Shown: positions 8,189 through 19,353 of the stretch, piece after piece
Numbering within the stretch: the stretch's first letter is position 1
Layout: every line of letters starts with the position of its first letter
Origin: Candidatus Saccharimonadota bacterium
Lineage (GTDB): Bacteria; Patescibacteriota; Gracilibacteria; BD1-5; UBA2023
Direction: 5' to 3'
Length of the DNA stretch: 32,000 nucleotides
Assembly: GCA_046350815.1 (NCBI GenBank)
Contig: JAXLZO010000001.1
Coordinates: 360,001 to 392,000, forward strand
Program-made: the position numbers and the translations under genes
The notes under the pieces: generated by a model
What the model saw: the letters and a program-made list of their open reading frames with translations, nothing else
What the model was told of the DNA's origin: nothing
Databases searched by the model: none

Positions 8189-8941
8189 GGGTCTAAACCA
8201 GTTGACAGGATAAATTATCCCATAAACTTGGCTCTATGATCAGTAAAACTACCTATAGGAAAAAATCACGAATTTGAGATGCAAAAATAAGAGAAATTGT
8301 GAAATATTTTTCTCTGGATTTTACTTCAGATAAAACAGCGGTATTAACAGGTCTCAATCCAAAAACAACACAGGATTGGTATAGATATATCAGAAAGGCG
8401 ATAGCCTTTCTCTGTGAGAGAGAAAAGAATGAAATATGGACTGGAAATGTTGAGATAGATGAGAGTTACTTCTGACCAACAAGAGTCCGATGAAAGAGAG
8501 GAAGGTGAGCTGGTATGAAGACAATAGTCTTTGGTTTACTCAAAAGAAACTGAAAAGTATATACTGAGATAGTTCCTGATGTAAAAGCAAGGACTCTCGT
8601 GCCAATCATTCGATGAAAACTTCGTATAGAAGAGTCTGAGATTAACAGTGATGGATGGTGAGCTTATGATGGGCTTGTAGATATTGGATATGAGAAACAC
8701 TACCGTGTTCATCACGGAGCAAATGAATTTGCAAGATGAACTCAACACATTAATTGAATAGAGTCATTTTGGAGTTATACCAAAAGAAGACTCTCTCAAT
8801 TCAATGGAATCAAGAAAGTCTACTTCTACTATTTTTTGAAAGAATCTGAATTCAGATATAATTGTCGTATTCAATGAAAAGATATTTATAAGGAAGTGCT
8901 AAAGTTACTTCGTCAATATAACCCGTAACTGGTTTAGACCC
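8189..8941 (+). mobile_element. IS1595-family insertion sequence, copy 1 (753 bp)
   Basis: 15-bp terminal inverted repeats GGGTCTAAACCAGTT. Flanked by the 7-bp direct repeat TATTTTT (8182-8188 and 8942-8948). By my base-by-base reading it is the exact reverse complement of 12850-13602. Confidence 0.9.
8236..8928 (+). CDS. IS1595-family (ISXO2-like DDE) transposase
   Basis: 230 aa with 10 in-frame TGA=Gly. ...EIDESYFGPTRVRGKRGRGAGMKTIVFGLLKRNGKVYTEIVPDV...HINGIESFWSYTKRRL...FYYFLKESEFRYN matches the family core. Confidence 0.9.
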
Positions 8942-8978
8942 TATTTTTTAAAAATTAAAAGTAAAATACACGAAAAAT

Positions 8979-11900
8979 ATGAATCAAGAACTTTTTCAGC
9001 AAGAATACGATCGTCTCAATGATGCTCAAAAACAGGCGGTAGATACGATCTATGGTCCGGTTATGGTTATTGCTTGACCGGGATCAGGAAAAACCCAACT
9101 TCTCTCACTGCGCATTGCAAATATTCTGAGGATTGCTGATAGTTGACCAGAGTCAATCTTGTGTCTTACATTCACTCATTCTGCTGCAGAGACCATGCGA
9201 AAGCGCCTCATGAAGATAATCGGAGCTCTCGCTTATCGGGTGGAGATTCATACATTTCATAGTTTTTGAGCTGAACTTTTGGCGCGTATTCGAGGTGTAC
9301 TGATTGAGAACGATCTCGATAGTGAATCACTTGTTGATGCTCAAATTGTAGGTGATCTCCGTGTTGTAGCACTTCTTGATGATCTACTCTCGAGTCTCTC
9401 ATCGACGAGTCCTCTGTATGGAATACTCAATCCTCCTGGGGATGATCGTCTCAATTCGATTCGCAAGCTCAAATCAACTTTTGGTGATCTCAAGAAATCA
9501 AATATTTCTTGAGAAACCCTTGAAGTAATTATTGGAGATATGTCTTCGGGGATCGATATGATTCGAGATCTGAGTTATAATTTCGTTCGATCGTTGGATC
9601 AATATGGTGTGCGATCACAAGCTGACAAAGATGCACGTTTTCGTCTTTTTGAATCCTATGTTCATGATCTGCAGACAACGCTCTGAGATGCACCAAAATT
9701 GATTGGTGATCATGAATCATTTGCAACTGCTTGGATGAAGATTGTCAAAAACACTATTGAGGCAATGACAGAAAATGAGAAGCTCACAATCAGTCCTCTC
9801 TCAGATTTTATTAAAAAATATCTTTTTGATGAGAAGAGCGATGCGTTTCTGTGGGATAAGGAATTACGAAAAACACAGGAATTTCTCACGCTCTATCGTC
9901 ATTATCAGGATATGATGAATGAGCGAGGATATCATGATTTTGATGATCTTCTTCTGCAAGCACATTGAGAAATCCTCGCATCTCCTCTCTTGCGGCAAGA
10001 ACTCGCTGAGCGATATGAATGGATTCTGATTGATGAATTTCAAGACACCAATGATATTCAGCTCTCACTTGCTACATCATTTCTCGAAGATATAGATTCC
10101 CCCAATATCCTAGTGGTTGGTGATGATGATCAGGCAATCTACAAATTTCAGGGTGCGAGCAGTATTAATTTTGAGCGATTTGTTCAAAAATATAGTGATA
10201 CTCAGGTCATCGTACTTGAGTATAATTACCGTAGTCTCGCACCAATCATAGAACACTCTCGATCACTCATGAGTGATCTCGTCTCTCCAATCGAGAAGCT
10301 TTTCCAGGATGTTTCCAAGTCGTTTTTATCATATCGATCAGGTATAGGGGGCGAGGAGGGATGACGTGTTGAATATATTCTTGCAGAGAATCCGATTGAT
10401 CAAGCTATCTTTGTTGTGGAGTCTATTCAAGAATATATTAAGAATGGTGGACAATATGCAGACATTGCGATTCTTTCACGCAAGAATCGATCACTCCAAC
10501 AATACCTTGGTATCCTTACACATGCAAATATCCCCGTGCAAACAACCGCGGATGAATACATATCGAAGAATGATAGTGTTCTTCTCTTAGTGGATATCCT
10601 CACTGTTATCACAGGTCTTGCATGATATATCAGTCAGGATATTACAAGGTCTGCGTGTATCAATGTGCTTGTGAGTAATCTTTGGTGATTGGATCGTCGA
10701 CAAATATGGGAAATTCTCTCCGACAAATCACTTCATTTTCTATCACCGACTGAATTCCTTCTCAGGATTATTGATCGTTCCCTCGGCACATCATCAGCAG
10801 AATTTGCTCAATTCTTCCTCGATATAGCTTCACTTCATCAATCAGTTCGTCTTGATGATATACTCGATATGGTGACAGGAGCTTCGCCGATTCTCTTTCC
10901 TCTTGAGCAAGACGGTATCACTACAGATGGACAGATAGTGTTGTTTTGATGAGCTCATAAGCAAGAACGTGTCTCTCCATTCTATCAGCGCATAATTCTC
11001 GACATTATGTCATCTTCTCCAGCACTTGCAGCAGATCGACTCTCAAATATTGATGTTTTTCTCAAAGATCTGAAGAACTTTGTTCGACAGGAGAACGTGT
11101 ATTCTCTTTCTGCTGTTGCGGACTATTTGATCCTCGGGAAGAAGTATGGATGGGCAGCAAAGAGCTCCAAACTCTTCCTTGGTGGACAGGAGAGTGTGAC
11201 TTTGTCCACGATTCACAAGGCAAAATGACAAGAATACAAGAAAGTCTTTATGATCGACACGACTGCTGATGAATATCGTGATCGAAGTCAGTCAAGTCTC
11301 TTGCCAAAATACATACTTCCACCGAGAGAGCCACAAGATATTGATGATGAACGAAGGCTTGTCTATACCGCTTTTACTCGAGCGGAGAATGAACTCACTA
11401 TTCTTTCGCTTTGACAAGGTCTCGATGAGCGACCAAAGAATCAGATTATGTCTTTGGCAAATATCAAATTCGACACACTCCCATCCTATAATATTGCTCA
11501 GCGCTCTCTCTATCTTCCATTTCTTCGTAAATCCCCAGATTCACTCTTGGTTGATATCAGTAGTGATGAGAAAGAATTTTTGCTTTCTCGGATCGCGAAT
11601 CTCTCTATGAATGCAACACTCTTCTCGGCATTCTTTCAGATTGCCGAAGATGGTCCAGCGGAATTTATATCGCGCCACATTCTCAAACTCCCATGAGCAC
11701 AGAGTGAGGCGCAGATTTATGGGAATGCTTTCCATGCAGGATTGGAAGCATTTGTTCAAGACTACGAAGCGAGAAAAATATATGATGAAAAGAAATTTTT
11801 TACCGCAGCATTTGAATTACTTGATAAGAGTGATCTGCTCGATCCAAGACGCGTATACTACAAGAGTGAGCTCACAACGCATTTTCCTATGGTATTTGAA

Positions 11901-12380
11901 AAAATAAAGGCGACGAGTCGTGATCAAAGTTTTGTTGAGTACGGATTTGGTCTTGGAAGTGGGCAAGAGAAGGTATTTCTCGGTGATATTGCTCTTAAAG
12001 GAAAGATTGACCGCATCGATCTCTCGAATGATGGTACACTTGTTGTGCATGATTACAAGAGTTCCAAACTGTCGAAAATGTCACCCTCCTATGAACTTCA
12101 ACTTCGATTCTATAGTGTCATTTTCTCACTCTCATCACGATTTGCGTCCTATCCAATCAAGTCATTTGTTCTCGACGCACTCCATAGTCATAACTGAGCA
12201 CCCTTGATTTCTCATAGTCTTTTTCCACAATCGAGTGAAATAGAACGGGATAAGGCGATCATTGCCTATGTTTATGAGCGGATTATGAATCTTGATTGGA
12301 GTATTCCAGATGGTGTCAAATCAGCGAAAGAATGGTGTGAATATATTGCAACAGAACTTGGCTATGGAGCAAATAAATAA
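8979..12380 (+). CDS. UvrD/PcrA-type SF1 helicase fused to a C-terminal RecB-family PD-(D/E)xK nuclease (AddA-like)
   Basis: 1133 codons in one frame, joining 8 track ORFs across 15 TGA codons. Motifs: Walker A IAGPGSGKT (first G is TGA 9075-9077), ILIDEFQDT, VGDDDQAIYKFQGA, YRS and TIHKAKGQEY. Nuclease motifs: GNAFHAGLE, GKIDRIDL...LVVHDYKSSK and YELQLRFY. Confidence 0.85.
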
Positions 12381-12753
12381 TTCGAATAATGCGACCAATC
12401 GTCGAACGAGTGGCGAGCGATATGAACTCATCGCTGTTGAGTATCTTCAAAAGAAAGGTTGGAAAATACTCGTTACCAACCTTCATCTCTCAAGCGAAGA
12501 AATCGATATTGTCGCACAAGATAGTTCTGGAATTATTCATCTTGTGGAAGTGCGGTCCAAGCGAGGTGTATGATACGGTTCAGCAGCTGAGTCACTCACA
12601 CGTGCCAAGCGACGATCCTTGTGGAAGAGTACTATGTTTTATATGAGTTGTTATCACCTCAATGAATCACAAATCAGTGTCGATCTTGTGGCAATCGATG
12701 ATATCCATGGGGATATCTTAGTGCAATTGTTTGAGAGGATCGAGTTGAGCTAA
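12364..12753 (+). CDS. yraN: YraN-family (UPF0102) endonuclease-like protein
   Basis: GERYELIAVEYLQKKGWKILVTNLHLSSEEIDIVAQDSSGIIHLVEVRSKRGV-G-YGSAAESLTRAKRR...SVDLVAI. One TGA. The start overlaps the end of the helicase gene by 17 nt. Confidence 0.78.
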
Positions 12754-12849
12754 TTATCTATCTATCCGATCAGAACATTCATTTTCTGAATATTTATTGA
12801 ATTTTGACAAGAGAAAATAAGTTCAATTAATTGCATTTAGTATAATAAT

Positions 12850-13602
12850 GGGTCTAAACCAGTTACGGGTTATATTGACGAAGTAACTTTAGCACTTCCT
12901 TATAAATATCTTTTCATTGAATACGACAATTATATCTGAATTCAGATTCTTTCAAAAAATAGTAGAAGTAGACTTTCTTGATTCCATTGAATTGAGAGAG
13001 TCTTCTTTTGGTATAACTCCAAAATGACTCTATTCAATTAATGTGTTGAGTTCATCTTGCAAATTCATTTGCTCCGTGATGAACACGGTAGTGTTTCTCA
13101 TATCCAATATCTACAAGCCCATCATAAGCTCACCATCCATCACTGTTAATCTCAGACTCTTCTATACGAAGTTTTCATCGAATGATTGGCACGAGAGTCC
13201 TTGCTTTTACATCAGGAACTATCTCAGTATATACTTTTCAGTTTCTTTTGAGTAAACCAAAGACTATTGTCTTCATACCAGCTCACCTTCCTCTCTTTCA
13301 TCGGACTCTTGTTGGTCAGAAGTAACTCTCATCTATCTCAACATTTCCAGTCCATATTTCATTCTTTTCTCTCTCACAGAGAAAGGCTATCGCCTTTCTG
13401 ATATATCTATACCAATCCTGTGTTGTTTTTGGATTGAGACCTGTTAATACCGCTGTTTTATCTGAAGTAAAATCCAGAGAAAAATATTTCACAATTTCTC
13501 TTATTTTTGCATCTCAAATTCGTGATTTTTTCCTATAGGTAGTTTTACTGATCATAGAGCCAAGTTTATGGGATAATTTATCCTGTCAACTGGTTTAGAC
13601 CC
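12850..13602 (-). mobile_element. IS1595-family insertion sequence, copy 2 (753 bp, inverted relative to copy 1)
   Basis: Same terminal repeats as copy 1. Flanked by the 7-bp direct repeat TAATAAT (12843-12849 and 13603-13609). Confidence 0.9.
12863..13555 (-). CDS. IS1595-family transposase (identical to 8236-8928)
   Basis: Reverse complement of the copy 1 gene. Coordinates derived by symmetry and checked at the ATG (13553-13555). Confidence 0.9.
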
Positions 13603-13645
13603 TAATAATATCCTATTATACGCAGGATATTATTTATTTTGAATT

Positions 13646-16024
13646 ATGAAATTCTTTCAGAGAGATCCTTGGTACCGAAGGTTGGTGCAAAGATCTATTC
13701 AAACATTCATTTCAAGTAGGAAAGCAAGCTCACTCCGATCTCGATTGCTTGCCATCACTGGAATAGGTGCGCTCCTCGTGAGTGGGCTGACCTTTGCTAT
13801 TGGTGGTGTGGGTGCAATAGTTTGGCCAAATGCTCCTGCGGGAGAGGCAACTGGTGGAACAATAATGACCTATTTTTACAATGCCTTTGGAGATCCAGCA
13901 ACCGGCACAGGAAAAAGTTGTAGTGGGAGTGGTCTTATCACAGGATTTGAAACGGACGGTACTCCAAGATGTATATCGATTCCTGATCTGACAACATTGC
14001 TTGGTGGATCTATGGCTTCTACAACACCAACATTGACCTTTACAGCTCCTGCTGTGGTGATGAATGGTAGTGGTGCAACTCTCAACTGGGATACCACTAA
14101 TGTATCAACTTGTACCAAATCATGAGATTGGTCAGGAGACCTGATAGGAAATCAGGTAAATCAATCCTTTACGACTCTTGCTCTCACGAGTAACAAGTCA
14201 TATACACTCACGTGTTCAAATACCGCAGGGACATCTGTTGAACAGACAGTGAATATCACAGTAACTACACCAACATTAACCTTTACGGCAACGAATACTT
14301 CCATTGTATCTAACACTCCTGCAACTCTCAACTGGGATACCACTAATGTATCAACTTGTACAAAATCATGAGATTGGTCAGGAGACCTGATAGGAAATCA
14401 GGTAAATCAATCCTTTACGACTCTTGCTCTCACGAGTAACAAGTCATATACACTCACGTGTTCAAATACCGCAGGGACATCTGTTGAACAGACAGTGAAT
14501 ATCACAATAACTACACCAACAACACCAACAATATTGATGCCAGCTCCATCACCAAGTACGTTCATGACAGGATCATCTGTGAGTCTCTCATGGAGCGCAA
14601 CTCCTGCAACGAGCTGTACCACCACCGGTCCTTCAGGTGACAAGAGTACTTGGGCAGCTACGAGTCTCTCATGAAGTAGTAGTCGCACATTCACACCAAC
14701 CGTCAGTGGAAACTATACGGTTACATGCTACAATGGATCAGTGAGTAGTAGTCAGTCAGTGTATATCACGGTGATTTCAAGTTGTTTTACATTCGATGCA
14801 AAACAGGGAAAAATTACAGATTATCACGATATATGTTCAAAATTTGTTACTATTCCAAGTACGATTGATGGTACTACAGTGACAAGTATTGGAGACTTCG
14901 CATTCTCCAGCAACTCCCTCGCCTCCGTCACCATACCAAACAGTGTGAAAAGTATTGGGAGTCATGCATTCTCCAACAACTCCCTCACCTCCGTCACCAT
15001 ACCAAATAGTGTGAAAACGATTTGAGATAATGCATTCTACCTCAACTCCCTCACCTCCGTCACCATACCAAATAGTGTGACAAGTATTGGAGACTCAGCA
15101 TTCCATTACAACTCCCTCACCTCCCTCACCATATGAAATAGTGTGACAAGTATTGGAAACGATGCATTCTACAAAAACTCCATCACCTCCGTCACCATAC
15201 CAAATAGTGTGACAAGTATTGGAGACTGGGCATTCTACGAAAACTCCCTCACCTCCCTCACCATATGAAATAGTGTGACAAGTATTGGAGACTTAGCATT
15301 CGCCGACAACTCCCTCACCTCCGTCACCATACCAGGCAGTGTGACAAGTATTGGAGACTCAGTATTCTCCAACAACTCCCTCGCCTCCGTCACCATGCTA
15401 TACGGTATGAAAAGTATTGGAAACTATACATTCGCCCAGAACTCCCTCACCTCCGTCACCATACCAGGCAGTGTGACAAGTATTGGAGACTATACATTCG
15501 CCCAGAACTCCCTCACCTCCGTCACCATACCAAACAGTGTGAAAAGTATTGGGAGTCATGCATTCTCCAACAACTCCCTCACCTCCGTCACCATACCAAA
15601 CAGTGTGACAAGTGTTGGAGACTCAGCATTCTCCAACAACTCCCTCACCTCCGTCACCATACCAAATAGTGTGAAAACGATTGAGTATCAGGTATTCTAC
15701 CTCAACTCCCTCACCTCCGTCACCATACCAAACAGTGTGACAAGTATTGGAGACTCAGCATTCCATTACAACTCCCTCACCTCCGTCACCATACCAAATA
15801 GTGTGAAAACGATTTGAGATAATGCATTCTACGGCAACTCCCTCAACTCCGTCACCATACCAAACAGTGTGACAAGTATTGGAGACAAAGCATTCTACAT
15901 GCAAAAGTCATCCAATGGTACTGTTTACGGACCATCTTCTGGGTATGTGAAGAATATTTACACATACAATTCAGATAATCAATTTGATAAATTGAATCTT
16001 TCAAATTATGTCGTTACACCGTAA
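13646..16024 (+). CDS. Large membrane-anchored surface protein with Ig-like tandem domains plus 16 BspA-type leucine-rich repeats
   Basis: 792 codons joined across 7 TGA codons. N-terminal TM helix ([27 protein letters not shown]). Repeated ...[20 protein letters not shown]... domains, then 22-aa repeats [25 protein letters not shown] 16022-16024. Confidence 0.85.
14075..14521 (+). repeat. Near-identical tandem duplication, 246-nt (82-aa) period, inside the surface protein gene
   Basis: 14075-14275 and 14321-14521 differ at 2 positions by my reading (acc/aca synonymous; gta/ata Val/Ile). Confidence 0.85.
14875..15900 (+). repeat. 66-nt in-frame tandem repeat array (about 16 units) encoding the LRR domain
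   Basis: The motif gtcaccatacca recurs every 66 nt. Higher-order near-duplicates are present, e.g. units [12 protein letters not shown] / VKTI-G-DNAFY / [12 protein letters not shown] occur twice. Confidence 0.9.
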
Positions 16025-16047
16025 TATTTATTCACTTCTTTCTCTCT

Positions 16048-16587
16048 ATGAAACCACTCATCCTCCCTATCCTCCTTCTCTCTTGTACACTCTCTTCTTG
16101 CAGTATGCCATGATATCAAAATAAAGATAAGATGACATCTGAGCAACCACCAGCACACATCATCACTATGAGTGATACTGTTATACTCGACTATCGACTC
16201 ACTCAATCAGGGAAGATTCTCGAATTAAGAGATAATTTCACTCTCAAGATGGGAAGTCACGAGCCATTCCCTGGTCTGGAGAACGCAGTACTTGGTATGA
16301 TTATCGGCGATAAGAAGTCTCTACCACTCAGTGCTGAGTACCTCTATGGAAGTGAACGAACCGAGCAGATAGCACGCCGATCTCAACTCGTCAAAGGCGA
16401 GGAATCAGACAGCCTTGCACCATTCTCTCCTCATAAATTCAAAACAGGAGCAATGGCTTCATGGAATGGGTGAGAGATGCGTATCGAGAAGATACAAGGA
16501 GAATATGTCACTATCTCCTATCCACGACCGCATCCTCTCGCAGGCAAATCTCTCACGCTTGAGGTAGAGGTGAAGTCAATACAGTAG
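16048..16587 (+). CDS. FKBP-type peptidyl-prolyl cis-trans isomerase (SlyD/FkpB-like), predicted lipoprotein
   Basis: Signal peptide plus lipobox MKPLILPILLLSCTLSSC. FKBP core VILDYRLTQSGKILE...FPGLENAVLGMIIGDKKSL...HPLAGKSLTLEVEV. Two TGA codons. TAG 16585-16587. Confidence 0.75.
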
Positions 16588-16598
16588 ATTTATACATG

Positions 16599-16642
16599 AA
16601 GATAAGAAAAACACACTCCGTCAGAGTGTGTTTTTCTTATCT
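16599..16642 (+). terminator. Intrinsic terminator after the FKBP gene
   Basis: About 19-bp stem AGATAAGAAAAACACACTC / GAGTGTGTTTTTCTTATCT with a 5-nt loop. Confidence 0.7.
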
Positions 16643-16731
16643 AAGTGGAGCATTGTATATAAATCTTATATTCCCTCTTTGAAGGAAAAAAAGAAGGAAT
16701 AATTCTTTCGTATATTTTCTCAAAAATTCTC

Positions 16732-16759
16732 TTGCAATTTTCAAGATTGTCTCTATACT
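16732..16759 (+). promoter_or_regulatory. Candidate promoter for the tRNA pair (TTGCAA-16-TATACT)
   Basis: TTGCAA at 16732-16737 and TATACT at 16754-16759, 12 nt upstream of tRNA-Asp. Confidence 0.4.
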
Positions 16760-16771
16760 CCCTCTCGCTTT

Positions 16772-16848
16772 GGTGCTATAGCTCAGTTGGTTAGAGCGCT
16801 GCCCTGTCACGGCAGAGGTCGCGAGTTCGAGTCTCGTTAGCACCGCCA
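16772..16848 (+). tRNA. tRNA-Asp (anticodon GUC), CCA encoded
   Basis: Cloverleaf folded by hand. Acceptor GGTGCTA/TAGCACC, anticodon stem CTGCC/GGCAG, loop CTGTCAC, T-arm GCGAG-TTCGAGT-CTCGT. Confidence 0.9.
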
Positions 16849-16899
16849 TTGCAATTTATGTCATTTTGTACATAGTCTCTTCGGAGAATCCACGTTTGT

Positions 16900-16976
16900 G
16901 GGGACTTAGCTCAGTTGGCTAGAGCGCCTGTTTTGCACGCAGGAGGTCAAGGGTTCGATTCCCTTAGTCTCCACCA
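16900..16976 (+). tRNA. tRNA-Ala (anticodon UGC), CCA encoded
   Basis: Acceptor GGGGACT/AGTCTCC carries the G3:U70 alanine identity pair. Anticodon loop TTTGCAC. T-loop GGTTCGATTCC. Confidence 0.9.
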
Positions 16977-17027
16977 TTTTTTATATTCTCTGGCTACTTT
17001 CCGAGAGCCGGACTTATATCTCTTTCT

Positions 17028-17243
17028 ATGTGATTGAATAATAAGCGTCCTCGCCGTAATAACTACAGCGTTAACGTAAAAGGCCCTCGCTCTGGAAAGA
17101 AGGTTGAGAATGCAATCAAGCACTTCAAGACACTCCAAAATCGCATTGAGCGAGAAGGAGAAACTCTTTGGATCCGCAATGCTCTTGTCTTTGTCAAGGC
17201 AAAGCTCAAGAAGTACAGCATTCCTCTTTCTAAGATTTCCTAA
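17028..17243 (+). CDS. Possible divergent 30S ribosomal protein S21
   Basis: ATG followed by TGA as codon 2. ...SVNVKGPRSGKKVENAIKHFKTLQNRIEREGE...FVKAKLKK weakly fits the S21 pattern V.V......e.AlrrFKr......G...e.r.r..fekps.krk. Confidence 0.35.
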
Positions 17244-17253
17244 ATACTTGCGT

Positions 17254-17343
17254 ATGGCACGACTCACGACTCATGCTCGCCGAAAACTCGGACGAACTAT
17301 TGCTCGCATCGAGAAGAAGACTCGCAAGACTCTCGCTCGATAG
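17254..17343 (+). CDS. Possible 29-aa Arg/Lys-rich peptide
   Basis: MARLTTHARRKLGRTIARIEKKTRKTLAR with a TAG stop. 11 of 29 residues are basic. No family recognised. Confidence 0.2.
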   Translation: MARLTTHARRKLGRTIARIEKKTRKTLAR

Positions 17344-17412
17344 CACAAAAATTTGATTTTTTGAGATTTTTAATAAAATCTTACTGTTTTATTTTCCAAT
17401 AATTTGCACTAT

Positions 17413-18603
<1,191 letters not shown>

Positions 18604-18691
18604 TTCTCGTTATAACTTCGCTTTTGTGAATTCCTATTCTCCTCTTTATTATGAAGGGGAGGCAGGAGTTTAGAATATTTCTCTCTTGCAC

Positions 18692-19021
18692 ATGTCTAAT
18701 AAAACTGAAAAAAAATCTGGTGCCATCCGAATTATCGTAAAGGCTTTCGAACACAAACTTATTGACGAGGCTGTTCGCAAAATCGTTTCGACAGCTCGTG
18801 ATTCTGGAGCGTCAGTTGCTGGTCCAATCCCACTTCCTACTAAGATTGAGAAAGTTACTCTCAATCGTTCTACATTCGTAAACAAGAATGCTCGTGAGCA
18901 ATTTGAGATTCGTCGCCATAAGCGACTCATCGAGATTACTCAATCAAATAGCCAAACACTTGAGCTTCTTCAGAATATCCATATACCATCAGGTGTTGGA
19001 GTTGATATCAAATTACCCTAA
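18692..19021 (+). CDS. rpsJ: 30S ribosomal protein S10
   Basis: IRIIVKAFEHKLIDEAVRKIV...GPIPLPTKIEKVTLNRSTFVNKNAREQFEIRRHKRLIEI. ATG 18692 lies within the track ORF. Confidence 0.95.
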   Translation: MSNKTEKKSGAIRIIVKAFEHKLIDEAVRKIVSTARDSGASVAGPIPLPTKIEKVTLNRSTFVNKNAREQFEIRRHKRLIEITQSNSQTLELLQNIHIPSGVGVDIKLP

Positions 19022-19027
19022 TCAACT

Positions 19028-19225
19028 ATGTCACGAGTTTGTATGCTCACTGGCAAGCACACTGCTGTCGGTAATAGCGTTTCGCATTCATTAAGACGTA
19101 CGAAACGTAAATTCTACCCAAACCTCTTTTGGCGTAATATCAAAGATCCTGTTACTGGAATGACTGTCCGTATTCGTCTTTCTGCAAAAGCAATTAAGAC
19201 TCTTAAAAAGGAAGGTCTTCTCTAG
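19028..19225 (+). CDS. rpmB: 50S ribosomal protein L28
   Basis: MSRVCMLTGKHTAVGNSVSHSLRRTKRKFYPNL... is typical of L28. Confidence 0.9.
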   Translation: MSRVCMLTGKHTAVGNSVSHSLRRTKRKFYPNLFWRNIKDPVTGMTVRIRLSAKAIKTLKKEGLL

Positions 19226-19247
19226 AAGGGTTGACCATCCATCACGT

Positions 19248-19331
19248 GCCTCGATGGTGGAATGGTAGACACGGAGGACTTAAAATCCTCTTCCGTTCGG
19301 AGTGCGGGTTCAATTCCCGCTCGAGGCACCA
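19248..19331 (+). tRNA. tRNA-Leu (anticodon UAA), type II with a long variable arm, CCA encoded
   Basis: Acceptor GCCTCGA/TCGAGGC, anticodon stem GAGGA/TCCTC, loop CTTAAAA, variable arm TTCCGTTCGGAGT, T-loop GGTTCAATTCC. Confidence 0.9.
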
Positions 19332-19353
19332 ATTTCTACTCGTCTTCAAAAAT

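Noticed and set aside
8536-8748. Identical 70-aa ORFs at 8536-8748 (minus) and 13043-13255 (plus) in the track.
   Set aside because: They are antisense to the IS1595 transposase gene and identical only because the IS copies are identical. The sense strand encodes a recognisable DDE transposase.
8189-13602. The two inverted IS1595 copies plus the helicase-yraN segment as a composite transposon.
   Set aside because: Each copy has its own matching 7-bp duplication (TATTTTT and TAATAAT). The outer flanks of the pair do not match each other, so the copies inserted independently and the segment was not moved as a unit.
14875-15900. A regular 66-nt periodic repeat array that could be mistaken for a CRISPR or satellite array.
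   Set aside because: There is no repeat-spacer structure. The period is a multiple of 3, the array is entirely in frame within a long ORF, and it encodes a textbook 22-aa leucine-rich repeat.
16637-17267. Minus-strand ORFs 16637-16849 and 16947-17267.
   Set aside because: They overlap tRNA-Asp and tRNA-Ala on the opposite strand. The tRNA cloverleaves are unambiguous.
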